Shown one piece after another: positions 21,476 to 30,600 of a DNA stretch of 49,227 nt (its first letter is position 1; every line of letters begins with the position of its first letter). The notes beneath the pieces were generated by a model. That model was given only the letters and a program-made list of their open reading frames with translations, ran no database searches and had not been told where the DNA came from. The stretch is from Candidatus Nanopelagicaceae bacterium (GTDB lineage: Bacteria > Actinomycetota > Actinomycetes > Nanopelagicales > Nanopelagicaceae): positions 1 through 49,227 of the forward strand of contig DAIOSM010000004.1 in assembly GCA_036752585.1 (NCBI GenBank). Direction: 5' to 3'. Made by a program: the position numbers and the translations under genes.

Positions 21476-24400
21476 TTAAACCAGACAATCAGGGCCGAGT
21501 ATCGACTTTAGATCGGCACTTAGGCTCGGTGAAGCGGTTACTTTCAAACCATCATCCAATCTAAATGTGGTGTCTTTCGCTCCTCCTTCGATCCGAAGAT
21601 GTACTTCTCTCGTGCCTGGATGAGATCTGAGGATTTCTTTCATTCGATCTACGAGAGGTGGCGTGCAGCGTTCTGCTTCAACCCTGATGACAAAAGGGCC
21701 GATTGGAGCTTGATTGACATCAGGAATGGAGAGATCGAGAGCTGTGAATCGTGGAGTCTCTTCGCGCTTATCAACTCGCCCGCGAATAGCGACAATGCGA
21801 TCCTCAATCAGATTGAGTGCATGCTGCTGGTAGGAGTTGGAGAAGAAGAGGACATCAATTGCTCCCTCTAAATCCTCAACCGTGACTATCGCCCAATTCG
21901 AACCTTGACGACTAACTTTTCGCTGTACATTGGTGATCAACCCAGCGATCGTGAAGATGCTCTCATGAGCGACATGTTCATCATAAATTTGCGAGACAGG
22001 AACATCGCGAACGCTCTTGAGTACATGTTCAACGCCTAGTAAGGGATGATCTGAGACATAAAGGCCCAGCATCTCCCGTTCGTATGAGAGCGCGAGAGGT
22101 TTCTCCCATTCCTCGCGAGGAATATCTAATACCACTCCTGAAATGACTCCCTGAGATTCATTTCCTCCAAAGAGGTCGAACTGTCCGATTGATTCAGCTC
22201 GTTTAGTCTCTGAGATCGCCTCGATAGCCTCAAGATGAACAGCCATCAATCCTTTTCGGGTATCTCCGAGTGAATCGAAAGCTCCGGCCTTGATCAGAGA
22301 TTCGATTGTTTTCTTGTTACAGACAACCGCATCTACCTTTGCTAGGAAGTCCCCGAAAGATATGTAACGCCCTTTGGCGTTGCGATTTCGGACAATTGAT
22401 CCAACGACATTCTCGCCAACGTTGCGAATTGCTGCCAAACCAAAGCGAATGTCCTTGCCACGTGGCGTGTATTCAGAGTCAGATTCATTTACATCTGGAG
22501 GTAGAACCTTGATTCCCATTCGCCGGCATTCATTTAAGTAAAGCGCGGATTTGTCTTTATCATCCTTTACGCTGGAGAGAAGTGCAGCCATATATTCGGT
22601 TGGATAATTAGCCTTTAGATAGGCGGTCCAGAAGGAGACCACTCCATATCCAGCGCTGTGAGCTCGATTGAATGCGTAGTCAGAAAATGGAATCAGAGTC
22701 TTCCAAAGCTCTTCAATCGCAGAACTAGAGAACCCGTTGGCCTTCATTCCTGCCTCAAAGTGGACATACTCTTTATCTAGGATCTCTTTATTCTTCTTAC
22801 CCATGGCCTTGCGCAATAGATCCGCGCGAGCTAGAGAGAAGCCAGCTACTTTCTGGGCGATCGCCATGACTTGTTCCTGATAGACAATCAATCCATAGGT
22901 GTCATCAAGGATTTCTTTCAGTGGCTCAGATAATTCGGGATGGATCGGCTCGATTCGTTTCCGCTTGTTCTTTCGGTCGGCGTAATCATTATGAGCATTA
23001 ACCCCCATAGGCCCGGGACGATAAAGTGCGATTACAGCTGAGATATCTTCAAAGGAGTCAGGGTTCATGGATCGAAGAAGCGCTCGTATCGGAGCGCTAT
23101 CTAGCTGAAAGACACCGAGCGTCTCACCACGAGACAGAAGCTCGAAGGTCTTCTTATCCGCCAGTGGCAGGTCCTCCAGGACCACTCTCTCATTTCTATT
23201 CTTCTCAATATTTAATAGACAGTCATCAAGGACTGAGAGATTGCGTAGACCTAGGAAGTCCATCTTCAAGAGGCCGGTTGCTTCACATGCGACCATGTCG
23301 AACTGGGTGATGATTGCGCCATCAGCCTCCCGGCGCTGAATCGGAATTACATCTAGAAGTGGATCTCGGCTGAGGATTACGCCTGCTGCGTGCACGCCCC
23401 ATTGGCGTTTCAATCCCTCTAGTCCTCTCGCTGTATCTACGATCGTCTTTGCTTCTTGATCTTCTTCGTAGATGCTGCGGAATTCCTGGGCTTCTTGGTA
23501 TCTCTCGTGATCTTTATCGAATACGCCACTTAGTGAGATGTCTTTACCCATAATCGGCGGCGGCAGCGCCTTCGTTAGGCGATCTCCGATTGCAAAGGGG
23601 TAGCCCAGTACTCGGCTCGCATCCTTTATAGATTGCTTAGACTTAATCGTGTTGTAGGTAATGATTTGAGCGACTCGATCCTCACCATATTTATCGATCG
23701 CATAGCGGATCATCTCGCCCCGTCGTCTTTCATCGAAATCTAGATCAATATCCGGCATTGAGATTCGATCTGGATTCAAGAAGCGCTCGAAGAGCAACCC
23801 GTGTTTGATTGGATCTAATGCTGTTATTCCTAAGCAATATGAAACTAGAGAACCAGCCGCTGAACCTCGACCAGGTCCAACGCGAATTCCCACTGACTTC
23901 GCATGTGCAACGAGATCTGAAACTACAAGGAAGTATCCGGCAAAACCCATCTTCGTCATTACGCCAAGTTCATACTCGAGGCGATCTTGATGTTCCTTAG
24001 TTGCTCCATCAGGGAATTTATTAGCGAGGCCAACTCGAGCTTGCTTTACAAGCCATGAATTCTCATCTTCACCCTCGGGAACCGGGAATTTTGGGAGAAG
24101 ATTTTCATTCTCGCGAAGCGTTACATTGCATCGCTCAGCGATAACTAAAGTGTTGTCGCAAGCGCTCTCCAGGTCCTTAAATAGCCGGCGCATCGTGGCT
24201 GCATCCTTCAAATAGAACTCAGAGCTATCGAATTTAAAGCGTTTTGGATCCGAGAGAGTGCTTCCTGATTGGACAGCTAGCAGAGCCTCGTGATGCTTCG
24301 CATCTTCTGCATAGGTGTAGTGAAGATCGTTCGTGGCCAAGAGAGGCAGTCCGAGTTCTTTGGCCAAACGTAGTAGATCAGATTTAACGCGATTCTCTAT

Positions 24401-24979
24401 CTCTAGATCATGATCCATCAACTCTATGTAGAAATTGTCCGGGCCAAATATCTCGCGATAAGTAGCAGCAGCGCTTCTAGCCTCTTCATAGGCACCCATA
24501 CGAAGTCTTGTTTGGATTTCTCCGGCGACACAACCTGATGTTGCAATTAAGCCGGATGAGTACTTAGCTAGAAGCTCGCGATCCATTCTCGGCTTGTAGT
24601 AGAAGCCTTCCAAAGATGCGAGCGAAGCTAATTTGAAGAGATTTGATAGGCCCTCATTATTTTCAGCCCAGATCGTCATGTGCGTGTATGCGCCACCGGC
24701 GGATACATCATCTTCTCCGCCTTCAGCCCACTTCACTCGACGTTTATCTAGTCGAGATTCTGGCGCGACATATGCCTCTATGCCGATGATGGGCTTTACG
24801 CCGACTGACTTCATGCTCTTGTAGAAATCAAATGCTCCAAAGACATGGCCATGATCCGTGATTGCAATCGCCGGACTTCCTTGGCGCGCGACTTCTTGCG
24901 CGAGTTCATCTATTCGCGCTGCGCCATCGAGCATCGAGTACTCGGTATGGACATGAAGGTGTACGAAGTCCTTGCTCAC
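21476..24979 (-). CDS. dnaE: DNA polymerase III alpha subunit (DnaE1)
   Basis: 1167 aa. PHP domain FVHLHVHTEYSMLDGA, then polymerase core and OB fold; GTG start. Confidence 0.97.
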   Translation of the reverse strand: MSKDFVHLHVHTEYSMLDGAARIDELAQEVARQGSPAIAITDHGHVFGAFDFYKSMKSVGVKPIIGIEAYVAPESRLDKRRVKWAEGGEDDVSAGGAYTHMTIWAENNEGLSNLFKLASLASLEGFYYKPRMDRELLAKYSSGLIATSGCVAGEIQTRLRMGAYEEARSAAATYREIFGPDNFYIELMDHDLEIENRVKSDLLRLAKELGLPLLATNDLHYTYAEDAKHHEALLAVQSGSTLSDPKRFKFDSSEFYLKDAATMRRLFKDLESACDNTLVIAERCNVTLRENENLLPKFPVPEGEDENSWLVKQARVGLANKFPDGATKEHQDRLEYELGVMTKMGFAGYFLVVSDLVAHAKSVGIRVGPGRGSAAGSLVSYCLGITALDPIKHGLLFERFLNPDRISMPDIDLDFDERRRGEMIRYAIDKYGEDRVAQIITYNTIKSKQSIKDASRVLGYPFAIGDRLTKALPPPIMGKDISLSGVFDKDHERYQEAQEFRSIYEEDQEAKTIVDTARGLEGLKRQWGVHAAGVILSRDPLLDVIPIQRREADGAIITQFDMVACEATGLLKMDFLGLRNLSVLDDCLLNIEKNRNERVVLEDLPLADKKTFELLSRGETLGVFQLDSAPIRALLRSMNPDSFEDISAVIALYRPGPMGVNAHNDYADRKNKRKRIEPIHPELSEPLKEILDDTYGLIVYQEQVMAIAQKVAGFSLARADLLRKAMGKKNKEILDKEYVHFEAGMKANGFSSSAIEELWKTLIPFSDYAFNRAHSAGYGVVSFWTAYLKANYPTEYMAALLSSVKDDKDKSALYLNECRRMGIKVLPPDVNESDSEYTPRGKDIRFGLAAIRNVGENVVGSIVRNRNAKGRYISFGDFLAKVDAVVCNKKTIESLIKAGAFDSLGDTRKGLMAVHLEAIEAISETKRAESIGQFDLFGGNESQGVISGVVLDIPREEWEKPLALSYEREMLGLYVSDHPLLGVEHVLKSVRDVPVSQIYDEHVAHESIFTIAGLITNVQRKVSRQGSNWAIVTVEDLEGAIDVLFFSNSYQQHALNLIEDRIVAIRGRVDKREETPRFTALDLSIPDVNQAPIGPFVIRVEAERCTPPLVDRMKEILRSHPGTREVHLRIEGGAKDTTFRLDDGLKVTASPSLSADLKSILGPDCLV

Positions 24980-25001
24980 GGTCGGCGAGATTACTCCCTC
25001 G

Positions 25002-25937
25002 CTACGACTGGGAGCCGAGTATCTGTAAGGCGCGTTTCAGGTCGTCGGGATAATGACTTTTAAGCGTAATCCGCTCACCTGTAGAGGGTTGATCAAAAGA
25101 GAGTTCAATTGCATGTAACCAAGGTCTCTTCAACTCAAGCCGAGCCGCCAGCACCGGGTCTGACCCGTAGGCGAGATCTCCGACGAGCGGGTGGCGAAGT
25201 GCGCTGAAGTGAACTCTTATCTGGTGGGTTCTTCCAGTCTCAAGTTCTACTTTGAGAAGTGATGCGCCTGGTAAGTACTCGATCAAAGAGAAATGAGTAA
25301 GACTCGGTTTACCGTCCGCGACAACTGCAAATCGATAATCTTCCTTCGGATGACGACCAATCGGTGCATCAATACTTCCTTCCGATGGATCCATATGTCC
25401 TTGGACTAATGCGTGATAGACCTTTGAGACGGTTCGTTCTCTAAATTGATTTTTGAGAGCAATATAAGAGTCTTCGTGTTTCGCTACAACCATCAAACCG
25501 GTCGTTCCGACATCAAGTCGCTGAACTATTCCCTTTCTCTCCTCCGAGCCCGAGGTAGAAATTCGATAGCCTCGTGAGATTAGGTCTCCCAGAACTGTTG
25601 GTCCTTGCCAACCTGGACTCGGGTGGGCAGCAACTCCTACCGGCTTATTGACCACAACCACATCGGCATCGTCGTAAACAACATCGAGTTCTTCGCTGAC
25701 AATTCTTGTAAAGTCGAGTGGATCGATCTCTGCTGGCATTAATACTTGAATCCGATCGCCAGCTTTAACGCGATCTGATTTACCAAGTGGCTTCTTTCCT
25801 TGAAGCACATCGCCAGCATTCAAAAGATCAGCAACAGCGCTTCTTGAAAGTCCAAGCAAACCTGAAAGCGCCACGTCGACGCGCTCGCCTTCAAGGGTCT
25901 CGTCAACGAGCAGTGTTCTCTTCTCTCTAGTGCTCAT
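25002..25937 (-). CDS. rluD: RluA-family 23S rRNA pseudouridine synthase (RluD-like, with S4 domain)
   Basis: 311 aa. Catalytic-Asp motif GIVQRLDVGTTGLMVVAK and TGRTHQIRVH. Confidence 0.9.
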   Translation of the reverse strand: MSTREKRTLLVDETLEGERVDVALSGLLGLSRSAVADLLNAGDVLQGKKPLGKSDRVKAGDRIQVLMPAEIDPLDFTRIVSEELDVVYDDADVVVVNKPVGVAAHPSPGWQGPTVLGDLISRGYRISTSGSEERKGIVQRLDVGTTGLMVVAKHEDSYIALKNQFRERTVSKVYHALVQGHMDPSEGSIDAPIGRHPKEDYRFAVVADGKPSLTHFSLIEYLPGASLLKVELETGRTHQIRVHFSALRHPLVGDLAYGSDPVLAARLELKRPWLHAIELSFDQPSTGERITLKSHYPDDLKRALQILGSQS

Positions 25938-25968
25938 ATCAACTTACTCATATCAACTCACTCATATT
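25933..25968. repeat. 14-nt tandem repeat, two full copies plus an 8-nt partial copy (plus strand CTCATATCAACTYA) spanning the lspA stop and the rluD start
   Basis: 25933-25946 ctcatatcaactta; 25947-25960 ctcatatcaactca; 25961-25968 ctcatatt. Read directly. Confidence 0.9.
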
Positions 25969-26501
25969 GATCCCCCGCCCGAATTCTCTCTCGGCTCTTT
26001 GGGCTGGATATTTCGCATCGTCAGAATAGTCATGGCGATGCCAGCGCAAACTATGGCGCTATCTGCGATGTTGAAGGTCGGCCAATTCGGAAGAACTATC
26101 CAATCAATCACTTCTCCGCGCCATATCCCAGGTGGTCGAACTGCCCGGTCATAAAGATTTCCGACTACACCGCCTAAAAGCGAGCCCAAGGCTGCTCCCC
26201 AGAGTGGATTTGAAAGGTTGCGTACGTAGAAAATGATGAAACCCATGACCGCCAATTTGAGCGAGGAGAGTAAGAGCGTTGCCTCCGTGAACAGACTGAA
26301 AGCGGCTCCAGAATTTGTGGAATAACTCAATTGCAAGAATTCACCGATTACTCGAAGTGGCTCTCGATACTGCAGGTAAGACTCTGCCCAGTTCTTGGTT
26401 GCTAAGTCGAGGGCAAAGACGGAGATAGCAAATGCAATAAATAGTCGTCGCGCGCGATCAGCACGGGACGACTTCAGCGGCGCTCTTCCTTCTGTTTGCA
26501 T
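25962..26501 (-). CDS. lspA: Lipoprotein signal peptidase (signal peptidase II)
   Basis: 179 aa. D.ATK...N.GAAFS...GNLYDR...FN.AD motifs. The start lies 28 nt inside the upstream dksA-like gene. Confidence 0.9.
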   Translation of the reverse strand: MQTEGRAPLKSSRADRARRLFIAFAISVFALDLATKNWAESYLQYREPLRVIGEFLQLSYSTNSGAAFSLFTEATLLLSSLKLAVMGFIIFYVRNLSNPLWGAALGSLLGGVVGNLYDRAVRPPGIWRGEVIDWIVLPNWPTFNIADSAIVCAGIAMTILTMRNIQPKEPRENSGGGSI

Positions 26502-27298
26502 AACATGCAGAGCGTTGCACGCGGGAATACTTGGAGCCTTGCCTTACCGATTGGATTTCCACAATCTTCACAACGACCATAAGTCTTAGTGTCGATTCTC
26601 TCTAGAGCGCGTTCGGTTTGGAGGACCATGTCACGCGCGTTGTAGACAAGTGACATCTCATGCTCGCGCTCAAAAGTCTTCGCTCCAGCATCCGCTTGAT
26701 CGTCTCCAGCTCCTACGCCAGAGGCTTCTATCAACGCATCCATCTCGCTTTCAACTTCTTCCAATTCTTTCTTTAAGCGCACTAAGTCTTTAGCCAACTC
26801 GCTTCTTATGGATTTCAATTCTGCTGCAGTCCAGTTTTCTGCGCCTTCGTTGACGATTAACGGCGCGGGCGCAGCCTTGATTGGCTTTAATGGGGCTGGC
26901 TTTTTACCTGGCTTTGGTTTACGGATTGGAGGGGGTAGAACTAATCTCTTCTCTTCAACAACAACCACATCGCTAGCTTCAACTTCTGGCTTGTAAACGG
27001 AGATTGTTGTTGCACCCTTGGCAGTACTACTTGTTAGTGCAGTCTTGTGCTGTCCTTTTATTATTTCTGCCTGAGGTTTCTTGGGTGGAATCTTCTTTGC
27101 AGCAGTTGGCTTAGCTGCAACTTTCTTAGCTGGAGCCTTCTTTGCTGGCGCCTTTTTGGCTGGTGCCTTTTTAGCTGGCGTTTTCTTCACAGCCTTCTTC
27201 ACGGCCTTATTGGCCGGACTCTTTTTTGGTGCAACTTTCTTGGCCGGAGCCTTCTTGAATTTAGCTACGGCTTTCGCAAGTTTCTTCTTTATCGGCAC
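26474..27298 (-). CDS. DksA/TraR C4 zinc-finger protein with a Lys/Ala/Pro-rich histone-H1-like N-terminal half (DdbA-like)
   Basis: C-terminus has a coiled coil and CEDCGNPI...CMLC. The putative tip motif DQADAG resembles DxxDxA. N-terminus has AKKAPAKKAPAKKAPAKK repeats. GTG start without an SD. Confidence 0.85.
   Translation of the reverse strand: MPIKKKLAKAVAKFKKAPAKKVAPKKSPANKAVKKAVKKTPAKKAPAKKAPAKKAPAKKVAAKPTAAKKIPPKKPQAEIIKGQHKTALTSSTAKGATTISVYKPEVEASDVVVVEEKRLVLPPPIRKPKPGKKPAPLKPIKAAPAPLIVNEGAENWTAAELKSIRSELAKDLVRLKKELEEVESEMDALIEASGVGAGDDQADAGAKTFEREHEMSLVYNARDMVLQTERALERIDTKTYGRCEDCGNPIGKARLQVFPRATLCMLCKQKEERR
27128..27187. repeat. Four in-frame 15-nt tandem units encoding (KKAPA)x4 inside the dksA-like gene
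   Basis: agctggagccttctt / tgctggcgccttttt / ggctggtgccttttt / agctggcgttttctt. Confidence 0.85.
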
Positions 27299-27359
27299 AG
27301 CGCCGAAGGCTAGGGGTTATTAGGTACAAATGCCACTCGCCACATGAAATTGGGCTCAC

Positions 27360-27387
27360 TTGTTGGGCTATCTTGATGGGCTAAAAT
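27360..27387 (+). promoter_or_regulatory. Candidate ileS promoter TTGTTG-N16-TAAAAT
   Basis: -10 TAAAAT at 27382-27387, about 30 nt upstream of T-box Stem I. Sequence match only. Confidence 0.35.
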
Positions 27388-27416
27388 TCTCCAGTCGCAA
27401 GACGCCTTGTAAAGAT

Positions 27417-27601
27417 TCGCAATGACTGGGCAATCACCCAAGAGCGAGTTGGAAGAAATGTGCCAATTGGCACACGTAGAACCAACCACAAGGTCACGAA
27501 GTGATCTACCGCTAGGTAGATAAGGCGGGTGGTACCGCGGTTGAAAGATCGCCCCTCCAAAGAACTTGATCAGTCAAAACGGCTGGTTCTTTTGGAAAGG
27601 G
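27417..27601 (+). promoter_or_regulatory. T-box riboswitch leader, Ile specifier AUC, translational (SD-sequestering) type
   Basis: T-box core AAGGCGGGUGGUACCGCGG at 27523-27540, with the UGGU bulge. Short Stem I 27417-27447 with loop CAAUCA. Stem II 27448-27486, Stem III 27506-27519. Sequestrator 27553-27565 pairs with 27586-27601 and covers SD GGAAAGGG. Confidence 0.85.
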
Positions 27602-30600
27602 ATGAGCATTTCTAAGTCACCGTATGAGGCGCTGAGTCCTCAAATCGATCTCCCAAAAGTTGAACGAGAGATCCTCTCCTTTTGGAATACACAAGAGATT
27701 TTCCATAAGAGCCTTGCGGCGCGTGCGGGCGGTGAGTCATGGACATTCTATGAAGGTCCGCCAACTGCGAATGGAATGCCTGGTACCCATCACATTGAGG
27801 CAAGAGTCTTTAAAGATGTCTTTCCGCGTTATCACACCATGAAAGGCAAGTATGTGATCCGGAAAGCAGGTTGGGATTGCCATGGCCTTCCAGTAGAGAT
27901 CGCAGTTGAGAAGGAATTGGGTTTCTCTGGCAAAGGCGATATCGAGAAATATGGCATCGCGAAGTTCAATGAAAAGTGCCGCGAATCTGTCCAGCGCCAC
28001 GTAAGCGCATTTACAGAGATGACAGAGCGCATGGGATTCTGGGTCGATTTTGATGAAGCTTATTGGACGATGTCGAATGAATACATCGAGAGCGTCTGGT
28101 GGTCACTAGCTGAGATACATAAGAAGGGATTATTGGTACAAGATCATCGCGTAGCTCCATACTGTCCACGCTGTGGAACCGGGCTATCTGATCATGAATT
28201 GGCCCAAGGTTATGAAACCGTGACCGATCCCTCGGTATATGTACGCTTCCCAATCACTAGTGGTGAATTGGCTCAATTGAATGCAAGTCTCCTTGTTTGG
28301 ACAACCACGCCTTGGACCTTGGTATCAAATACGGCAATAGCGGTAAATCCTGACGTCACTTACTTGGTGATTAAGACCAACAATGATGAGAAAGAGGAAG
28401 TTCTTGTAGTCGCCGAACCACTTGCAGAGAAAGTCTCTCCTGGTTTTGTGGAGTTGAAGCGACTAACTGGTCGCGAACTCGAGCGCATCAGTTACAAGAG
28501 ACCATTTGAACTGGTCGAAATCCCCGATGCCCACTTCGTACTCCTTGCAGACTATGTCACTACCGAGGATGGAACGGGTCTAGTACATCAAGCACCTGCC
28601 TTTGGCGCAGATGACCTAGCTACCTGTAAGCGTTATGAGCTACCTGTAGTAAATCCCGTCGCCCCCAATGGAAACTTCTTGGATGAGGTTGATTTGGTCG
28701 GAGGAAAGTTCTTTAAGGATGCAGACAAAATACTTATCAAGAGCTTAAAAGAGAGTGGGGCGCTCTTTCGCCACCAGACCTTCCAACATTCATATCCTCA
28801 TTGCTGGCGATGCCACACTCCCCTTATCTACTACGCGCAACCATCCTGGTACATCAGGACAACCAAGATAAAGGAAGCACTTCTCCGCGAGAATGAATCG
28901 ACCGATTGGCACCCTGAAACAATCAAGACTGGCAGATATGGAGATTGGCTAAATAACAATATCGATTGGGCGCTCTCACGAAATCGCTATTGGGGAACTC
29001 CTCTACCTATCTGGAAGTGTGAAGAGGGGCATGAAGTAGCTCTTGCTTCAAAGAGTGAGCTAGCAAGATTGGCAGGCAGGAATCTCGATGATTTGGAACT
29101 TCATCGACCTTATGTAGATGAGATCACTTTTCCGTGCGACAAATGCTCAAAGGTAATGACACGCACTCCAGAAGTGATCGACTGCTGGTACGACTCTGGC
29201 GCGATGCCATTCGCACAATGGGGCTTTCCTCATAAGGCAGGCTCAAAAGATAATTTCGCGAAGGCCTACCCAGCTGACTTCATCTGTGAGGCGATTGATC
29301 AGACGCGAGGTTGGTTCTACACCTTGATGGCCATCGGAACGCTGGTCTTTGATCAATCTTCCTACAAGACCGTTCTCTGTCTCGGTCACATCCTTGATAA
29401 AGATGGCCGAAAGATGAGTAAGCATCTCGGTAATGTCCTTGAGCCGATGCCGTTAATGGATAGACATGGCGCTGACGCAGTGCGTTGGTACATGCTTGCA
29501 TCTGGCTCGCCGTGGAGCGCTAGAAGAGTTGGTCACGACATCATCTCTGAGGTTGTTAGAAAGACCCTACTTACCTATTGGAATACGGTCTCTTTCCTAG
29601 CGCTTTATGCATCGGCATCAGATTACATTCCCGGTGATGTGACTCCGATCGTTGAGCGACCGATGATGGATCGCTGGATTTTGAGCGAGTTGAACCAGCT
29701 AGTTGAGACGGTAGACCACGCCTACGCGGATTTCGACTCGCAAAAAGCTGGGACAGCTATCGCAAAATTCGTTGATGATTTGTCGAATTGGTATGTAAGA
29801 CGCTCTCGCAGAAGATTCTGGGACGGTGAGAGCACAGCCCTCGCAACTCTCCATGAATGTATCGAGACAGTCACCTTGCTCATGGCTCCGATGGTGCCAT
29901 TTATCACCGAACAAGTTTGGCAAGTCTTAATTCGAAAAGTAACCCCAAGCTCCTCTCTCTCCGTTCACTTAGCCGACTTTCCGAAAGCAAATGGCGAAGC
30001 TATCGATTTGAAACTATCTGAAGATGTGGCCCTTGCTAGACGCTTAGTCGAACTTGGTAGAGCTGCACGTGCTCAATCTCAGGTAAAGATAAGACAACCT
30101 CTATCTCGTGCTCTCATCGCAGCAAGCGGTTGGAAGAACCTCGCCGCAGAGCTAAAGGAGCAGATCGCAGATGAGTTGAATGTAGAGCAACTTGATGATC
30201 TCTCTAGCGCTCCAGACTTGGTTGATATCTCGATCAAGGCGAATTTCCGTTCACTGGGAAGCAAATTCGGTGGAGCAGTACAGGAAATTGCCAAGACGCT
30301 TGCAAAGTTAGATGCCGCTGATCTCGTATCTAAAGTTAGAAGTAATGGCTCAGTTCAGGTCGACTACAGTGGTGGCAAGGCGGACCTAACTGAGGAAGAC
30401 CTTGTAATCACAGAAACTCCACGCTCTGGTTGGTCAGTTGCTTCTCACTCCGGAGAAAGCGTTGCTCTTGACCTGGCATTGGATGCGCGATTGATAGCCA
30501 AAGGCGTAGTTCGTGAGGCTATTCGGGCAATTCAAGATGCGCGAAAGGAATCTGGATTCGACGTTAGCGATCGAATCGAAGTTCATTGGAATGCGAATGA

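Noticed and set aside
27047-27323. Plus-strand ORFs encoding FFAGAFLAGAF-type repeats that look like a membrane protein.
   Set aside because: They are the reverse-complement reading of the AKKAP repeat tract in the dksA-like gene. The minus-strand frame continues into a bona fide DksA zinc finger.
27566-27601. The 12-codon N-terminal extension of IleS given by the ORF track (MISQNGWFFWKG).
   Set aside because: It starts at a TTG inside the T-box sequestrator helix. ATG 27602 sits immediately after the SD that this helix masks.
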